Positions 38,017-47,910 are shown, numbered from the stretch's first letter. The stretch is 64,000 nt of DNA from an uncultured Deferribacteres bacterium (GCA_964014485.1 CAXHAT010000009.1:9974-73973); one strand, 5' to 3'. Made by a program: numbers and translations. The notes: generated by a model not told the origin, from the letters alone.

Positions 38017-38820
38017 TCAACTCCCTGTTGACCGATAATGCCGCACGCCGACTTTCCAGAATTGAAGCGCGATTGTGAGAAAAATGAGCCCAACGACAGG
38101 TGAGCCGTACAGGACAAAATCCGGTACGGCCATGTCTGTTGTTTTTCCTGTAATCGCCGTCGCCGGGTAGTAGTTCACGAACGCCAGCGGCAGAACATAA
38201 GTAAAAAACTTTCGAAACCAGGGCTTGTAGATTTTCATTGGGTAAGAAGCCGTTTCCACCCCGCCGTAGGTCGTGATGTTCGCCAACTCCAGACTTTCCG
38301 TCGTCCAGAAAGCGGCGGTTGCTTGCAAAACCAAGAGACCGTAGAAAAAACAACTCCCGCCCAAAATGCTGCACGCTAAAAAAAACGTTTTCCCCACAGT
38401 CCACTCGATTCCCAGCGTCTGACTTGCCCAGATCAGGACGACAAATCCCTGCATAAACCTGCCGACCCTCTTGAGCGTGAGTTCCTGCCCCGCCAATTGC
38501 AGCGCCGTGCTGCGCGGCCTCAGGAGCAAGCGGTCAAAATCGCCAGACTTGACCATATTGCCGAATAAATCAAAACCGCGAGAAGTTGCGTCGGTCAACG
38601 CGAAGGCGCTGTTGACCATGCCGTAAAGAAGCGCGACTTCGGCCAGGCTCCAGCCCGCCAAATTTTCGAAACGATTGAACAGCGCCCAAATGCCAAAGAA
38701 CTCGATTCCGTTAATCAAAAACTGCCCGAGTGTTTGCATGATAAATGAAGCGCGATATTGCATCTGGCTTCGTATCGACACGCTGATATAAGCAAGGTAA
38801 ACTTTGAAGGCGTTTATCAT
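38017..38820 (-). CDS. ABC-2 family transporter permease
   Basis: QYRASF, GWS..EV, GDFDRLLLRP, YP..IY and YYPA motifs. Confidence 0.88.
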   Translation of the reverse strand: MINAFKVYLAYISVSIRSQMQYRASFIMQTLGQFLINGIEFFGIWALFNRFENLAGWSLAEVALLYGMVNSAFALTDATSRGFDLFGNMVKSGDFDRLLLRPRSTALQLAGQELTLKRVGRFMQGFVVLIWASQTLGIEWTVGKTFFLACSILGGSCFFYGLLVLQATAAFWTTESLELANITTYGGVETASYPMKIYKPWFRKFFTYVLPLAFVNYYPATAITGKTTDMAVPDFVLYGSPVVGLIFLTIALQFWKVGVRHYRSTGS

Positions 38821-38860
38821 GGCGTTTTCTGGCGCAAATCAGCTCATTTTGAACCGGAAC

Positions 38861-38971
38861 GCCCCTGTTCGCATTCGTACAGGGGCTGTAATACAAACGT
38901 ATACTCAATTTTTGAGAGCGTCAGGCTTAAGAGCCTGGTTAGAATCAAAACGGCGTTGGTATATTTCTTGA
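38861..38971 (+). promoter_or_regulatory. Putative sigma54-type promoter (variant -12) with upstream palindromic activator site
   Basis: TGGTATATTTCTTGA (38957-38971; GG-N10-GA). Palindrome GCCCCTGTTCGCATTCGTACAGGGGC (38861-38886). Confidence 0.4.
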
Positions 38972-39029
38972 TTAAATTGGGGAGTCATGCAAAAGCTCGT
39001 AAACCCGATTTAATCTTCAAGAGTAAATC

Positions 39030-40295
39030 ATGGATCGCAAAATAGAAAAGAAAAAGTGGCCGCCAAAGAAAATAGCCGGTTTGGCCGCAATCCTTTTGTT
39101 CGTTTCGTTTGTCACTTACTCCATCCTTTGGGGCGACAGCAGTACCAAGCTCAATGTTGACGCTGAAAGGATGACGATTTCCGACGTCTCGCGAGGCCCG
39201 TTTCAGGAGTTCATTCCGGTGACCGGCGCAATCATGCCAATCAAAACATTTTACATTGACGCCGTCGAAGGCGGTCGCGTCGATACCATCTACCGTGAAG
39301 CCGGGAGTTTTCTCAAGAACGGCGACAAAATTCTGCGCCTTGAGAACACCAGCTTGCTCATCCAGATTTCACAGCAAGACGCGCGTGTAACTGAGCAAAG
39401 AAACCAGTTGATTAACACGCGATTTACGCTGGAACGGAACAACATTCAGAACCGCCAGCGCTTGCTCGATCAGGAATACAACATTCTTCGTTTGCAACGG
39501 CTTTATGAACGCAACAAGGAATTGCGTCAGCAAAAGCTCATCTCTGATGCGGAATTCGAAGCGAATGAAGATGAGTTTAATTATCAGCAACGCTTGTATC
39601 AATTGAACGCCGAAGCTTTTAGCCGCGATTCTATTTTTCAGGAAGTGCAATTAAAACAACTGGAGTCATCCGTTGGCCGCCTGCAGGACAATCTTGAAAT
39701 CGCACGCCGCCGCCTGGAAGAATTGGTGGTTCGCTCACCTGCGAATGGTCAACTCACTTCTCTCGTCGCGGAAATCGGAGAAACGAAGGCTCAGGGCACG
39801 CGGCTTGGTCAAGTCGACGTTCTCGACGGCTTTAAGGTGCGCGCCGGAATCGACGAGCACTACCTGCCGCGCATCGCACTTGGCCAACGCGGCGAGTTTG
39901 ATTTCGCAGGCTCGACTTACAAACTTATGACCAAAAAGCTTTACCCCGAAATCAATCAGGGACGTTTCGAGGTTGATCTTGAATTTGAAGGCGAAGAACC
40001 TAACGGTATTCGGCGCGGCCAAACTGTGCATATTCGCCTGGAATTGAGCGATTTGACCGAAGCCGTCATGCTGGCGAAGGGCGGATTTTACCAAAAGACC
40101 GGCGGTCAGTGGGTTTATGTCATCGATCCTTCCGGCGATTTTGCCATCAAGCGCCAAATCCGGCTGGGACGACAAAACACACAGGTTTTTGAAGTGCTCG
40201 AAGGGCTTGAACCCGGTGAACGCGTCATTACCTCGAGCTACGACAATTTCGGCGATATCGATAAACTCATTTTAAAAAACCAGCCCGACAGCTAA
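39030..40295 (+). CDS. Efflux periplasmic adaptor (MacA/HlyD-type MFP)
   Basis: N-terminal TM segment, EGGRV lipoyl-like segment, coiled coil and EVLEGL.PGE.VI. Confidence 0.9.
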   Translation: MDRKIEKKKWPPKKIAGLAAILLFVSFVTYSILWGDSSTKLNVDAERMTISDVSRGPFQEFIPVTGAIMPIKTFYIDAVEGGRVDTIYREAGSFLKNGDKILRLENTSLLIQISQQDARVTEQRNQLINTRFTLERNNIQNRQRLLDQEYNILRLQRLYERNKELRQQKLISDAEFEANEDEFNYQQRLYQLNAEAFSRDSIFQEVQLKQLESSVGRLQDNLEIARRRLEELVVRSPANGQLTSLVAEIGETKAQGTRLGQVDVLDGFKVRAGIDEHYLPRIALGQRGEFDFAGSTYKLMTKKLYPEINQGRFEVDLEFEGEEPNGIRRGQTVHIRLELSDLTEAVMLAKGGFYQKTGGQWVYVIDPSGDFAIKRQIRLGRQNTQVFEVLEGLEPGERVITSSYDNFGDIDKLILKNQPDS

Positions 40296-40338
40296 GAATA
40301 AATATTCGAACCATAGCAATAGAACAGGAGAGTGCAGA

Positions 40339-41049
40339 ATGGAAAACAATAACGGCGCAGTCATCAAAACAGTGGATTTGCTCAAAAAATACACCACTGA
40401 AGAAGTCGAAACAACGGCGCTAAACAAGGTCAACATTTCAATAAAGCAAGGTGAGTTCGTCGCGATCATGGGGCCTTCCGGTTGCGGAAAATCAACCCTT
40501 TTGAACGTGCTTGGTCTACTGGACAACCCCTCGGACGGCGAGTACCATTTCGTTGGTCACGAGGTCTCGCAATACAAAGAACGCCAGCGCGCCAACCTCA
40601 GAAAAGAGAACATCGGCTTTGTTTTTCAGAGCTTTAACCTGATCGATGAGTTAACGGTGGGTGAAAATGTTGAACTGCCGTTGCTCTATCTCGGCGTGTC
40701 CTCGGCAGACAGAAAAGCTCGGGTGGATGAAGCGCTGGAAGGCATGCAAATCAGCCATAGAAAAAACCATTTCCCACAGCAGCTCTCAGGCGGTCAGCAG
40801 CAGCGCGTCGCCGTTGCGCGGGCGGTTATTTCAAAGCCAAAAGTTATTCTCGCGGATGAGCCGACCGGTAACCTTGATTCAGCCCACGGCGATGAAGTGA
40901 TGAACATTTTGAATGAACTGAACGAGAGCGGCACCACCATCGTTATGGTGACGCACTCGCCGACCTACGCGGAATATGCGCATCGCATCATCCACCTTTT
41001 TGACGGCCATGTGGTCACTGAAAATATCAAAGAAAACTTCCGCGTTTGA
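40339..41049 (+). CDS. ABC transporter ATP-binding protein (MacB/LolD-type)
   Basis: GPSGCGKS, LSGGQQQR, DEPTGNLD and VTH motifs. Confidence 0.95.
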   Translation: MENNNGAVIKTVDLLKKYTTEEVETTALNKVNISIKQGEFVAIMGPSGCGKSTLLNVLGLLDNPSDGEYHFVGHEVSQYKERQRANLRKENIGFVFQSFNLIDELTVGENVELPLLYLGVSSADRKARVDEALEGMQISHRKNHFPQQLSGGQQQRVAVARAVISKPKVILADEPTGNLDSAHGDEVMNILNELNESGTTIVMVTHSPTYAEYAHRIIHLFDGHVVTENIKENFRV

Positions 41050-41116
41050 TCCTGAACTTGCTTGAAACGCATGAGAGAAGGGTGCGGGTCTGGAGCAAAC
41101 TCGCGCTCTTCTTCTT

Positions 41117-41818
41117 TTAGTCTTTCCTCTTAATTTCCCGCCTGAATTCTTCCCTAAAACGAGTCGCGCCGCCGTTCGCTGGATGACGCACGCGTTTGCA
41201 TTCCAATCCCATTTCCAGCAACAAGCTCTCCGCCTTGGCCCCGGCAGCAATCACTTTTTCGATGTTGGTCATTTTCAGCAAAAGTTGGGTCGCCGTTTTT
41301 CCTGTCAGCGCCTCCAACGCGCCGGGCGTGCGGTTGGACAGCCGTCCTTTTGCAGGTTTAAAAGGATGCCACGGGTAGGCGTTCCAAAGAATAATTTCGC
41401 GAGGATCGAGGCCGGAATTGACAATTTCGCCCCAGACAATCGTCGCCGTCGGTTCCGTAAAGCCATTCGGTCGCAGCGTTTCCTGGCTCGTTCGCTGAAA
41501 TTCAACCCCGGTTGCGACCATCTCCGGCGAAATGTTTTTTTCTTTCAGCGCTCCTAACAAAATCCTTTCCGAGGTCATTGGCACGCCGCTGAAGTGCGCG
41601 CCCTGGTAGCCGACAGCCTCGGCGAGTAACAAGAATTTGGCGGATTCAAGCCGCTCCAACAAGTAGTGTCGCAAATGCCTGCGCCGTATGGCCGGAGCTT
41701 GCTGAGTCCGGTCATGCGCCTCGTCTTTTTCCCACCACGGGTTAAAAACGTCATCCCGTTGCGGCGATTCTTTAAGCTCACGGATGAACCGCTCGATGTT
41801 TCTTTTTTTCAGGTTCAA
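41117..41818 (-). CDS. Uracil-DNA glycosylase superfamily protein
   Basis: EAVGYQG..FSG.P.TSE, E.TATIVW, NRTP and RHPA.GG motifs. Confidence 0.8.
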   Translation of the reverse strand: MNLKKRNIERFIRELKESPQRDDVFNPWWEKDEAHDRTQQAPAIRRRHLRHYLLERLESAKFLLLAEAVGYQGAHFSGVPMTSERILLGALKEKNISPEMVATGVEFQRTSQETLRPNGFTEPTATIVWGEIVNSGLDPREIILWNAYPWHPFKPAKGRLSNRTPGALEALTGKTATQLLLKMTNIEKVIAAGAKAESLLLEMGLECKRVRHPANGGATRFREEFRREIKRKD

Positions 41819-41827
41819 AGCGATATG

Positions 41828-42244
41828 TCAAACATATTTTAATTCACCATTTTCAGATATTTCTAGCGAAACTCCGCCCTCAAGTTTTGCAAACTCCGAT
41901 TCATTCAGAACTATGATCGGGATCGGCTTTTTGTACATTTCGTCAGCGACGATTGAAGCGAGCGCCAGAAAATGATCGGTTTGCATCGTCAGCAGGGCCG
42001 CCGGAGCCACGCCGCGACGGACGGATTCCAGCAAGATCGCAGTCGTTGTGCTGGAGCCGCGCGTGAAGGGCACGCCGAGAATTTTCCCGGCAGCGTTTTG
42101 CCCGGAGAGCGGGTGGCGACGGTCGATAATTTCGCCGGAAAACTGATCATACCCGCCCCAAAAACTGAGCGGCTCACTCGCGATTAAGAGTATGCCCCGA
42201 GCAGCGCCAGGTATCGTCGGCTTTCCCTGAATTACTCGCTCCAT
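41828..42244 (-). CDS. Aconitase X small (swivel) subunit, DUF126
   Basis: PLSFWGG.D..G.IID.RHPL and RGSST motifs. Likely ATG start at 42244. Confidence 0.88.
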   Translation of the reverse strand: MERVIQGKPTIPGAARGILLIASEPLSFWGGYDQFSGEIIDRRHPLSGQNAAGKILGVPFTRGSSTTTAILLESVRRGVAPAALLTMQTDHFLALASIVADEMYKKPIPIIVLNESEFAKLEGGVSLEISENGELKYV

Positions 42245-43494
42245 AACGAATCGTCCCTGATTATTCGCCCTTTGACTGCTGACTCGACGCAATCTTCAAG
42301 GCTGCCAAAAACGACCTGAGCGTTCAACAGCCCGGGCGTGTAGTAGGCGTACTTGGCGGAGTTGGTCATGATCGTCTTAATTTCAGGCGGCAGCATCGGC
42401 GTGGTCAAAATACACGTATCGACGGTTACTTCCCCGCCGAATTTTTCAAGTTCAGTGAGAAATCCCGCTTTTCCGGCCAATTCACGCATGATGCGGCTGG
42501 TCGTGACCAAAAATCGTACATTTTCGTGACGCTTTGCATTTTTTATTTTTGGGATGAGTTGTTGGAACTCGGCGAAAGAAAAGTGCGGGCTGCCAAGCAC
42601 AACCATGTCCAGGGCGCCGTCAGTGCCGGTTGTCAATTCATCGCGAGCTTCGCGCAGCATTTTCATCGTTACGACAATGGTTTGTCGCGGCGCCTTATCT
42701 TGAAAAGCGGTCGCTGAGTCAGGCGCTTCCGGAGTCACGCCGACGATATGAAAAAGCGCCACGGCGCCTGAGCAAGCGGTTGCGGCGCCAAACGCTTTTA
42801 GTTGATCATCTGATGGTTTGACGTTCAGCCCTTCAATAACCGGAACGCTGTCTGGCGCGAACTTGCCGACGAGGTGGCCGAAAACAGGATAAAACGTGTC
42901 GTCGTCCAAAATTTTCTCTGGAATATTTTGAAGACGAAAGAGAATTTCCCCCACGCGATTTTCTTTCAAGTGCAGGCCGACGGCAGGCGCGCGACCGGTC
43001 ACCGCCGCGCAAATGTCGAGCAGGTCGGGATAGCGTTCTGTGCGCGCGCCAAGCACGGAATTGGCAAAAACGATGGCGTTCGATTCCCCCCAGGCGATTT
43101 GTTGGCCAAATGCTGGTCGAAACTCCGTCTGGTACGGCGCGCACGTCCATGTTGGCGTGCAGCCCATTTTTTGGTAGGCGAGCATTTGCCGGCGCGCCTT
43201 CTCCGCCCATTCCGGCGGGGTGGCCCACTCGCGCCAGCCGTGTTCATCCACTCCGCTGACGTTGAGCGAGGTCGGCACAACGACTTCAGCGCCGAGACCG
43301 GCTAATTTTTCAGCGTATTCCAGCGTGGCGTCGCCCATAAATAAAGCGCTGTCAATATGTGCAGCTTCGATGTCCAACAATCTTTCGGCGTTCATAACTT
43401 TCGCCATGCGCACGAGAATCGACATCGCCATTTGAACCCCGGGGCCGTGCTCGCCTGTCAGTTTTTCCTGATCTTCAGCGGATAATTGCAACAC
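42232..43494 (-). CDS. Aconitase X catalytic (large) subunit, DUF521
   Basis: AHID, WTCAPY, WGESNA..FANS..GART, GVTPEA, GSPH, DTC and TNSAK.AYY motifs. Confidence 0.9.
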   Translation of the reverse strand: MLQLSAEDQEKLTGEHGPGVQMAMSILVRMAKVMNAERLLDIEAAHIDSALFMGDATLEYAEKLAGLGAEVVVPTSLNVSGVDEHGWREWATPPEWAEKARRQMLAYQKMGCTPTWTCAPYQTEFRPAFGQQIAWGESNAIVFANSVLGARTERYPDLLDICAAVTGRAPAVGLHLKENRVGEILFRLQNIPEKILDDDTFYPVFGHLVGKFAPDSVPVIEGLNVKPSDDQLKAFGAATACSGAVALFHIVGVTPEAPDSATAFQDKAPRQTIVVTMKMLREARDELTTGTDGALDMVVLGSPHFSFAEFQQLIPKIKNAKRHENVRFLVTTSRIMRELAGKAGFLTELEKFGGEVTVDTCILTTPMLPPEIKTIMTNSAKYAYYTPGLLNAQVVFGSLEDCVESAVKGRIIRDDSLWSE

Positions 43495-43663
43495 GATTTA
43501 GAGCGTTCCTTTATACCTGATTCTGAAATTCGGTAAAAATAGCATGGCTTTTTAAAGTGGCAATGAGTATTTGCCGATTTCAATTTTGCGAGCCAAATTC
43601 AATTGTCGTTTTTGGCGAATTCTTCCGACCCACTCGAAAATCACGCAAAGGACTTTCTATACA

Positions 43664-44926
43664 ATGCAGCAATTGAACTATCGTAGAAAAGAGCTTTTTT
43701 TTGAAGACGTTTCATTGCAATCGCTGGCGGATGAGTTTGATACGCCGCTCTACGTTTACAGCGAAACGGCGCTTGTCGAAAATTTTAAGCGCATCGACGG
43801 CGCATTTGGTCAAACGCCGCATCTTATTTGTTATGCTTTGAAGGCCAACAGCAACCCCGCTGTTTTGAACCGACTGAAAAATCTCGGCGCAGGAGCGGAC
43901 GTGGTTTCGGGAGGCGAGTTGAAATTGGCTTTGCAGGCTGGGATTTCACCGAACAAAATTGTTTTCGCCGGCGTCGGGAAAAGAGACGAAGAAATTATCG
44001 CCGCTATCGAAACCGGGGTGCTCGGGTTAAACGTCGAGTCGGAGATGGAATTACAAATAATTGCTGAATTGGCCAAAAAACTGAACAAGACAGCGCCGAT
44101 TTCTTTGCGATTGAACCCGGACATCGATATTCACGGACATCCTTATATTTCCACGGGCAGAAACCAGGATAAATTCGGCATTTCCCTAAAGCATGCCGCA
44201 CAACTTTTAGAGTCGATAAGAAGTGACAACGCTTTGCAATTGGTAGGCATTCACAGTCATATCGGTTCTCAGATTTCCGAGCTCAACACCTATCGCAAGA
44301 TTGCAAAAGCGCTGGGAGAATTCGCCAAAACAGCTTCTTCCGCTTGCGGGCCCTTGCGGTATATTGACGTAGGCGGCGGGCTTGGCGTCAATTACGAAAA
44401 TCCGATTGCCATCGAAGAAAATGTGCGCGGCGTCGATCACTTTGCCCTGCCGCCGGAAGAGATCGTTCGCGTTCTCGTTGACGGGCTTTCGTGTCCCGAA
44501 ACGACCATCGTTTTTGAACCGGGGCGTTCACTGATCGCCGCGGCAGGTCTGCTTTTGACGCGCGTTTTATTCACTAAAGACCTGGGCGACAAACGCTTTG
44601 TCGTGGTTGACGCCGGCATGAACGATTTGCTGCGACCGAGCTTGTATAGCGCTTATCATGAAATCGTTCCGGTCAAAATCGGTTCGAATGAAAGAGCTGT
44701 TGCGGATATTGTCGGCCCTATTTGTGAAAGCGGGGATTTTTTGGCGCAAAATCGGTCAATGCCAATAGTTCAACGCAACGATTTGCTCGCGGTTCTGACC
44801 GCCGGAGCTTACGGTTTTACACTCGCTTCCAATTATAACGCACGTCCGCTGCCTGCTGAAATTATGGTTTCCGGAAAGGAAGCATCACTCGTTCGCAGCC
44901 GACAAAAAAGCGTTTGGGCGGGATAG
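43664..44926 (+). CDS. lysA: Diaminopimelate decarboxylase
   Basis: YALKAN, HIGSQ, DVGGG, EPGR, GPICESGD and SNYN motifs. Likely ATG start at 43664. Confidence 0.95.
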   Translation: MQQLNYRRKELFFEDVSLQSLADEFDTPLYVYSETALVENFKRIDGAFGQTPHLICYALKANSNPAVLNRLKNLGAGADVVSGGELKLALQAGISPNKIVFAGVGKRDEEIIAAIETGVLGLNVESEMELQIIAELAKKLNKTAPISLRLNPDIDIHGHPYISTGRNQDKFGISLKHAAQLLESIRSDNALQLVGIHSHIGSQISELNTYRKIAKALGEFAKTASSACGPLRYIDVGGGLGVNYENPIAIEENVRGVDHFALPPEEIVRVLVDGLSCPETTIVFEPGRSLIAAAGLLLTRVLFTKDLGDKRFVVVDAGMNDLLRPSLYSAYHEIVPVKIGSNERAVADIVGPICESGDFLAQNRSMPIVQRNDLLAVLTAGAYGFTLASNYNARPLPAEIMVSGKEASLVRSRQKSVWAG

Positions 44927-45004
44927 CGGAGTGTGGAAATTATGGATTTTTGATTTCCATAACACCGACTTTGCATCACAAAATAGCCGGGCCGCCTTCT
45001 CGTC

Positions 45005-45020
45005 CGGCACAACGATTGCA
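45005..45020 (+). promoter_or_regulatory. Putative sigma54 promoter
   Basis: CGGCACAACGATTGCA has GG-N10-GC spacing and lies about 70-90 nt before the next ORF. Confidence 0.45.
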
Positions 45021-45091
45021 TAACGAAACCGGAAACCGTTTATACACCGCAGCGTCGCGGGCGCACGTTCCGCCGACCTGAGAGACGACAA

Positions 45092-45856
45092 ATGCACTGC
45101 ATCAAAACAACTATGATTTGCACACGGATTCGCTTTCTCAACCTCTGCGTACTGGCATTTTTGCTCGCGCCGGTCGCGGCGTCATCTCAATCTCTTTTCA
45201 AAAAAGAAACCCGCTATTTCGCCCCAGGCGATTCCGCAACTTTCATGCTTACCAATAAATTCTCTTCTTTTTTTTACGGAGAAATCGGTCAGTTTGCCAG
45301 CCGCAGATTTCAAGGCTTCAACATTAAAACTGAAGAATTTCTGGAAGATTATATCCTGCTCAGGAACGGCCAAACGATGCTCAGAAGTCAGGCAAGCGTT
45401 GAAGTTCGCGCCGACAAATTGATTCGCATTTACCCCGATTCAACGGTGACGGAAGAAGTTGTCTTGCTGGACACGGCAAACGTCTTACAAATAAGCCTTC
45501 GCGTCTCAGAACCGTGTGAAATCTCATTTTTGCCGGCATTGGGAGGCTCAAACAAAGCAAGCGATTTCACATTTGATATTGCGAAAGGTCTGGATCGGTT
45601 TTCGGGAACGCTTAAGCAACGACTGGAAACCGACGCCAAAAATGATTTACAACAATGGGTGAGCGTGTCCTCCAGGCCGGAAGGCGTGATTGAGCAAATT
45701 TCCTCCGAGACGCAGCAAACGTTCTCCAAGCGATTCAAATACCCCGCCGCCGTACCGGTGCAATTAAAAATAAGCGTCAGCGATTCCGCTGTTATCAGGA
45801 TCGAAATTGGCGACAAAAACGCGCAGATCATGGCCAACTCCGGCGAGCAAAAATAG
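45092..45856 (+). CDS. Secreted hypothetical protein
   Basis: 254 aa ORF with a signal peptide. Alternative start at 45113. Confidence 0.65.
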   Translation: MHCIKTTMICTRIRFLNLCVLAFLLAPVAASSQSLFKKETRYFAPGDSATFMLTNKFSSFFYGEIGQFASRRFQGFNIKTEEFLEDYILLRNGQTMLRSQASVEVRADKLIRIYPDSTVTEEVVLLDTANVLQISLRVSEPCEISFLPALGGSNKASDFTFDIAKGLDRFSGTLKQRLETDAKNDLQQWVSVSSRPEGVIEQISSETQQTFSKRFKYPAAVPVQLKISVSDSAVIRIEIGDKNAQIMANSGEQK

Positions 45857-45888
45857 AAGCGCCTTTAAGTGCACGATTGTGACGCCAT

Positions 45889-47136
45889 CTATTCGACCCA
45901 GTCGAGTATTTCGAAGCGTTGTGCGGTAACCAAAACGATGGCTTGGCGATCTTCAGAAATAGCGAAGAATGGTTTTCGCAGGCGTTCGCCTTTTGGCCGA
46001 TAGTTGCCGACCAACGCACCGCCGCTTTCAAAAAAACGCAATACCGGACTTTCATAGCGCAGCCCGCCGTCCTTAAAAACTTCTTTGGCAAACAAGATGG
46101 CCGAGGCTGATTTATTTGCTGAAAAAGAAGCCGCAAGAATTAATTCGTCTTTCTCACCCTCACCTTGGGCAATAATTTCTCCTGAATCCAAGTCGAGCGC
46201 ATAGAATTTTCCTTTTTCATAAAGCAATGCAGCCCCGTTCGTTTCATCAAACACAGCATCGCGGAACAAAAAATCGTGCTCTTTCACGACGGCGCCGTTC
46301 TCATCGAGAATACGCGTTTTTTTGATCATGCCGTTTTCGCGGTAGGCATCGTAAGTTGCGGTCAGCAGGCGGGTTCCATTGGGGAAAAATTTCAACGCAT
46401 ACACCGATGGTTCCTTTAGCGTTGTTTCCCAAAGTGACGCACCTGCACTGTTGAATAAAAAGAGCTTTGAATTACTCTCGGGTTCTAGCATTCCAGGGCT
46501 GGCAGGCGTTCGTATCGCCGCCACGGCGAACAAGCCGCTCCTCGCATCCGCTTCGATGTGCAAGGTGCGTTCGGTTGAATATTCGTTGTTTTCGAAAAGT
46601 CGCACATGACGCTTCAGTGCGCCGTCGGCTGTGAAAAAACGGACTTCATTCACGGCGGATTTGCCAAGCGCAATCGCTCCGTCTTTGCCGGAAACCGCAA
46701 TCGTTGGAAAAGGTTCGTCATTCGCCCAAGGAATCTTCATTTCAAAACGTTTTTCGCCGATTCCGTCTAAGGCCGTCAATTTCAAATCATCGCTTTTTCT
46801 CGATGTGTTTCCTTTTGTGACCAAGGCCAAAAACCGACTCGTAACGTCCTTCTCAAATCCCACAACCAGACCAGACAAAGCGTCTGTGCTGACGCGCCCG
46901 GCTTTAGCGGTGCGAATAACGTCAGCGTCCGTTGAGAGTGAGCGAATTTCATCGTTTTCTATCCCGACGAAAAGCAGGCGCTCATCGGAAGGCGGCGCCG
47001 GGATCGTTTTTTTCAGATTTATCTGAACATTTTGCTGCGCCAGGCTATGAGCGGCAAAAGCAAGAAGCGCGATCAAGCTCAATGTTACGAGTGGTTTGTC
47101 GCTCATCTTTTCTCCAATGTGCTTTTCATTGTTCAA
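45889..47136 (-). CDS. Secreted hypothetical protein, probable beta-propeller
   Basis: Signal peptide (AHSLA) and repeated strand motifs such as LFNSAG..LW and FFESGG. Confidence 0.7.
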   Translation of the reverse strand: MNNEKHIGEKMSDKPLVTLSLIALLAFAAHSLAQQNVQINLKKTIPAPPSDERLLFVGIENDEIRSLSTDADVIRTAKAGRVSTDALSGLVVGFEKDVTSRFLALVTKGNTSRKSDDLKLTALDGIGEKRFEMKIPWANDEPFPTIAVSGKDGAIALGKSAVNEVRFFTADGALKRHVRLFENNEYSTERTLHIEADARSGLFAVAAIRTPASPGMLEPESNSKLFLFNSAGASLWETTLKEPSVYALKFFPNGTRLLTATYDAYRENGMIKKTRILDENGAVVKEHDFLFRDAVFDETNGAALLYEKGKFYALDLDSGEIIAQGEGEKDELILAASFSANKSASAILFAKEVFKDGGLRYESPVLRFFESGGALVGNYRPKGERLRKPFFAISEDRQAIVLVTAQRFEILDWVE

Positions 47137-47169
47137 GCAATTCTTTTAGGCAATCTCAGGCCGTTGTTA

Positions 47170-47398
47170 GAAGCTGTTTTAATCCCGCAGGGACGGTCGA
47201 AAGTAGCCCGGAAGTTCACTTCCGGGGAAGATGACGTTTTGTTTTTTGTCGAGTCCCGTCAGGGACGGTTGAAATTTTATCGCGTTTCCAGCCTCAATCG
47301 TCCCTGGCGGGACTTGAGATCATAAAAAATCATCGGTTCCAGGCGATAAATCGTCTGGCTATTATCAAGCATCCCTACGGGACTTTTAAAACAGCCTC
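47170..47398. mobile_element. MITE (GAG-type ends, TTA duplication) with multi-hairpin interior
   Basis: TTA[GAAGCTGTTTTAA...TTAAAACAGCCTC]TTA. Hairpins CCCGGAAGttcACTTCCGGG and GTCCCGTCAGGGACG / CGTCCCTGGCGGGAC. Confidence 0.78.
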
Positions 47399-47741
47399 TT
47401 AGACTTTCAAACGCCTTCTACTTCAAAATAAGCCCAAAACGTCAGTAATTGCAGCGCCAAATGACAAATCGTTTTCCGCCCTTTGCCAACGACTGAAGCA
47501 CGGCGGCGTTTACGCACGGTTTCCCTATGAGAGTACGTTATACATCTAAAAGAACTCAGCGATTTCTCGTCAAACCAAACGCTTTTTCCTTTCATGCAAC
47601 AGTGTCTCACAATGGAGCGGTTGTTAAATCGAAACCTGCGAAAGCCACCCAAAACGAGAACATCGCTAAACAATGGTTTTCTTTTAATTTGCGCCTGAAG
47701 CCGGAAACGAGGTTTTGACAAAAAATATATTTTCCGGCGCC

Positions 47742-47756
47742 GGGCACGCCATTTGC
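47742..47756 (+). promoter_or_regulatory. Putative sigma54 promoter of the EPS locus
   Basis: GGGCACGCCATTTGC matches TGGCACG-N4-TTGC except at the first base. It lies about 155 nt upstream of the first EPS gene. Confidence 0.55.
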
Positions 47757-47910
47757 GTTTAGAGCAAAGAACATTTTGATATTTTCGTAAGAGAATATCG
47801 AGCAGGGTTGTCAAGCAGGACGGCCCAATGCGTCAATTTTTTGCGACGGACTCAGGACGAGTGCTAGCACGTATTGATTTCAGAATTGAAGCCGAGACAA
47901 AGGTGACGCA

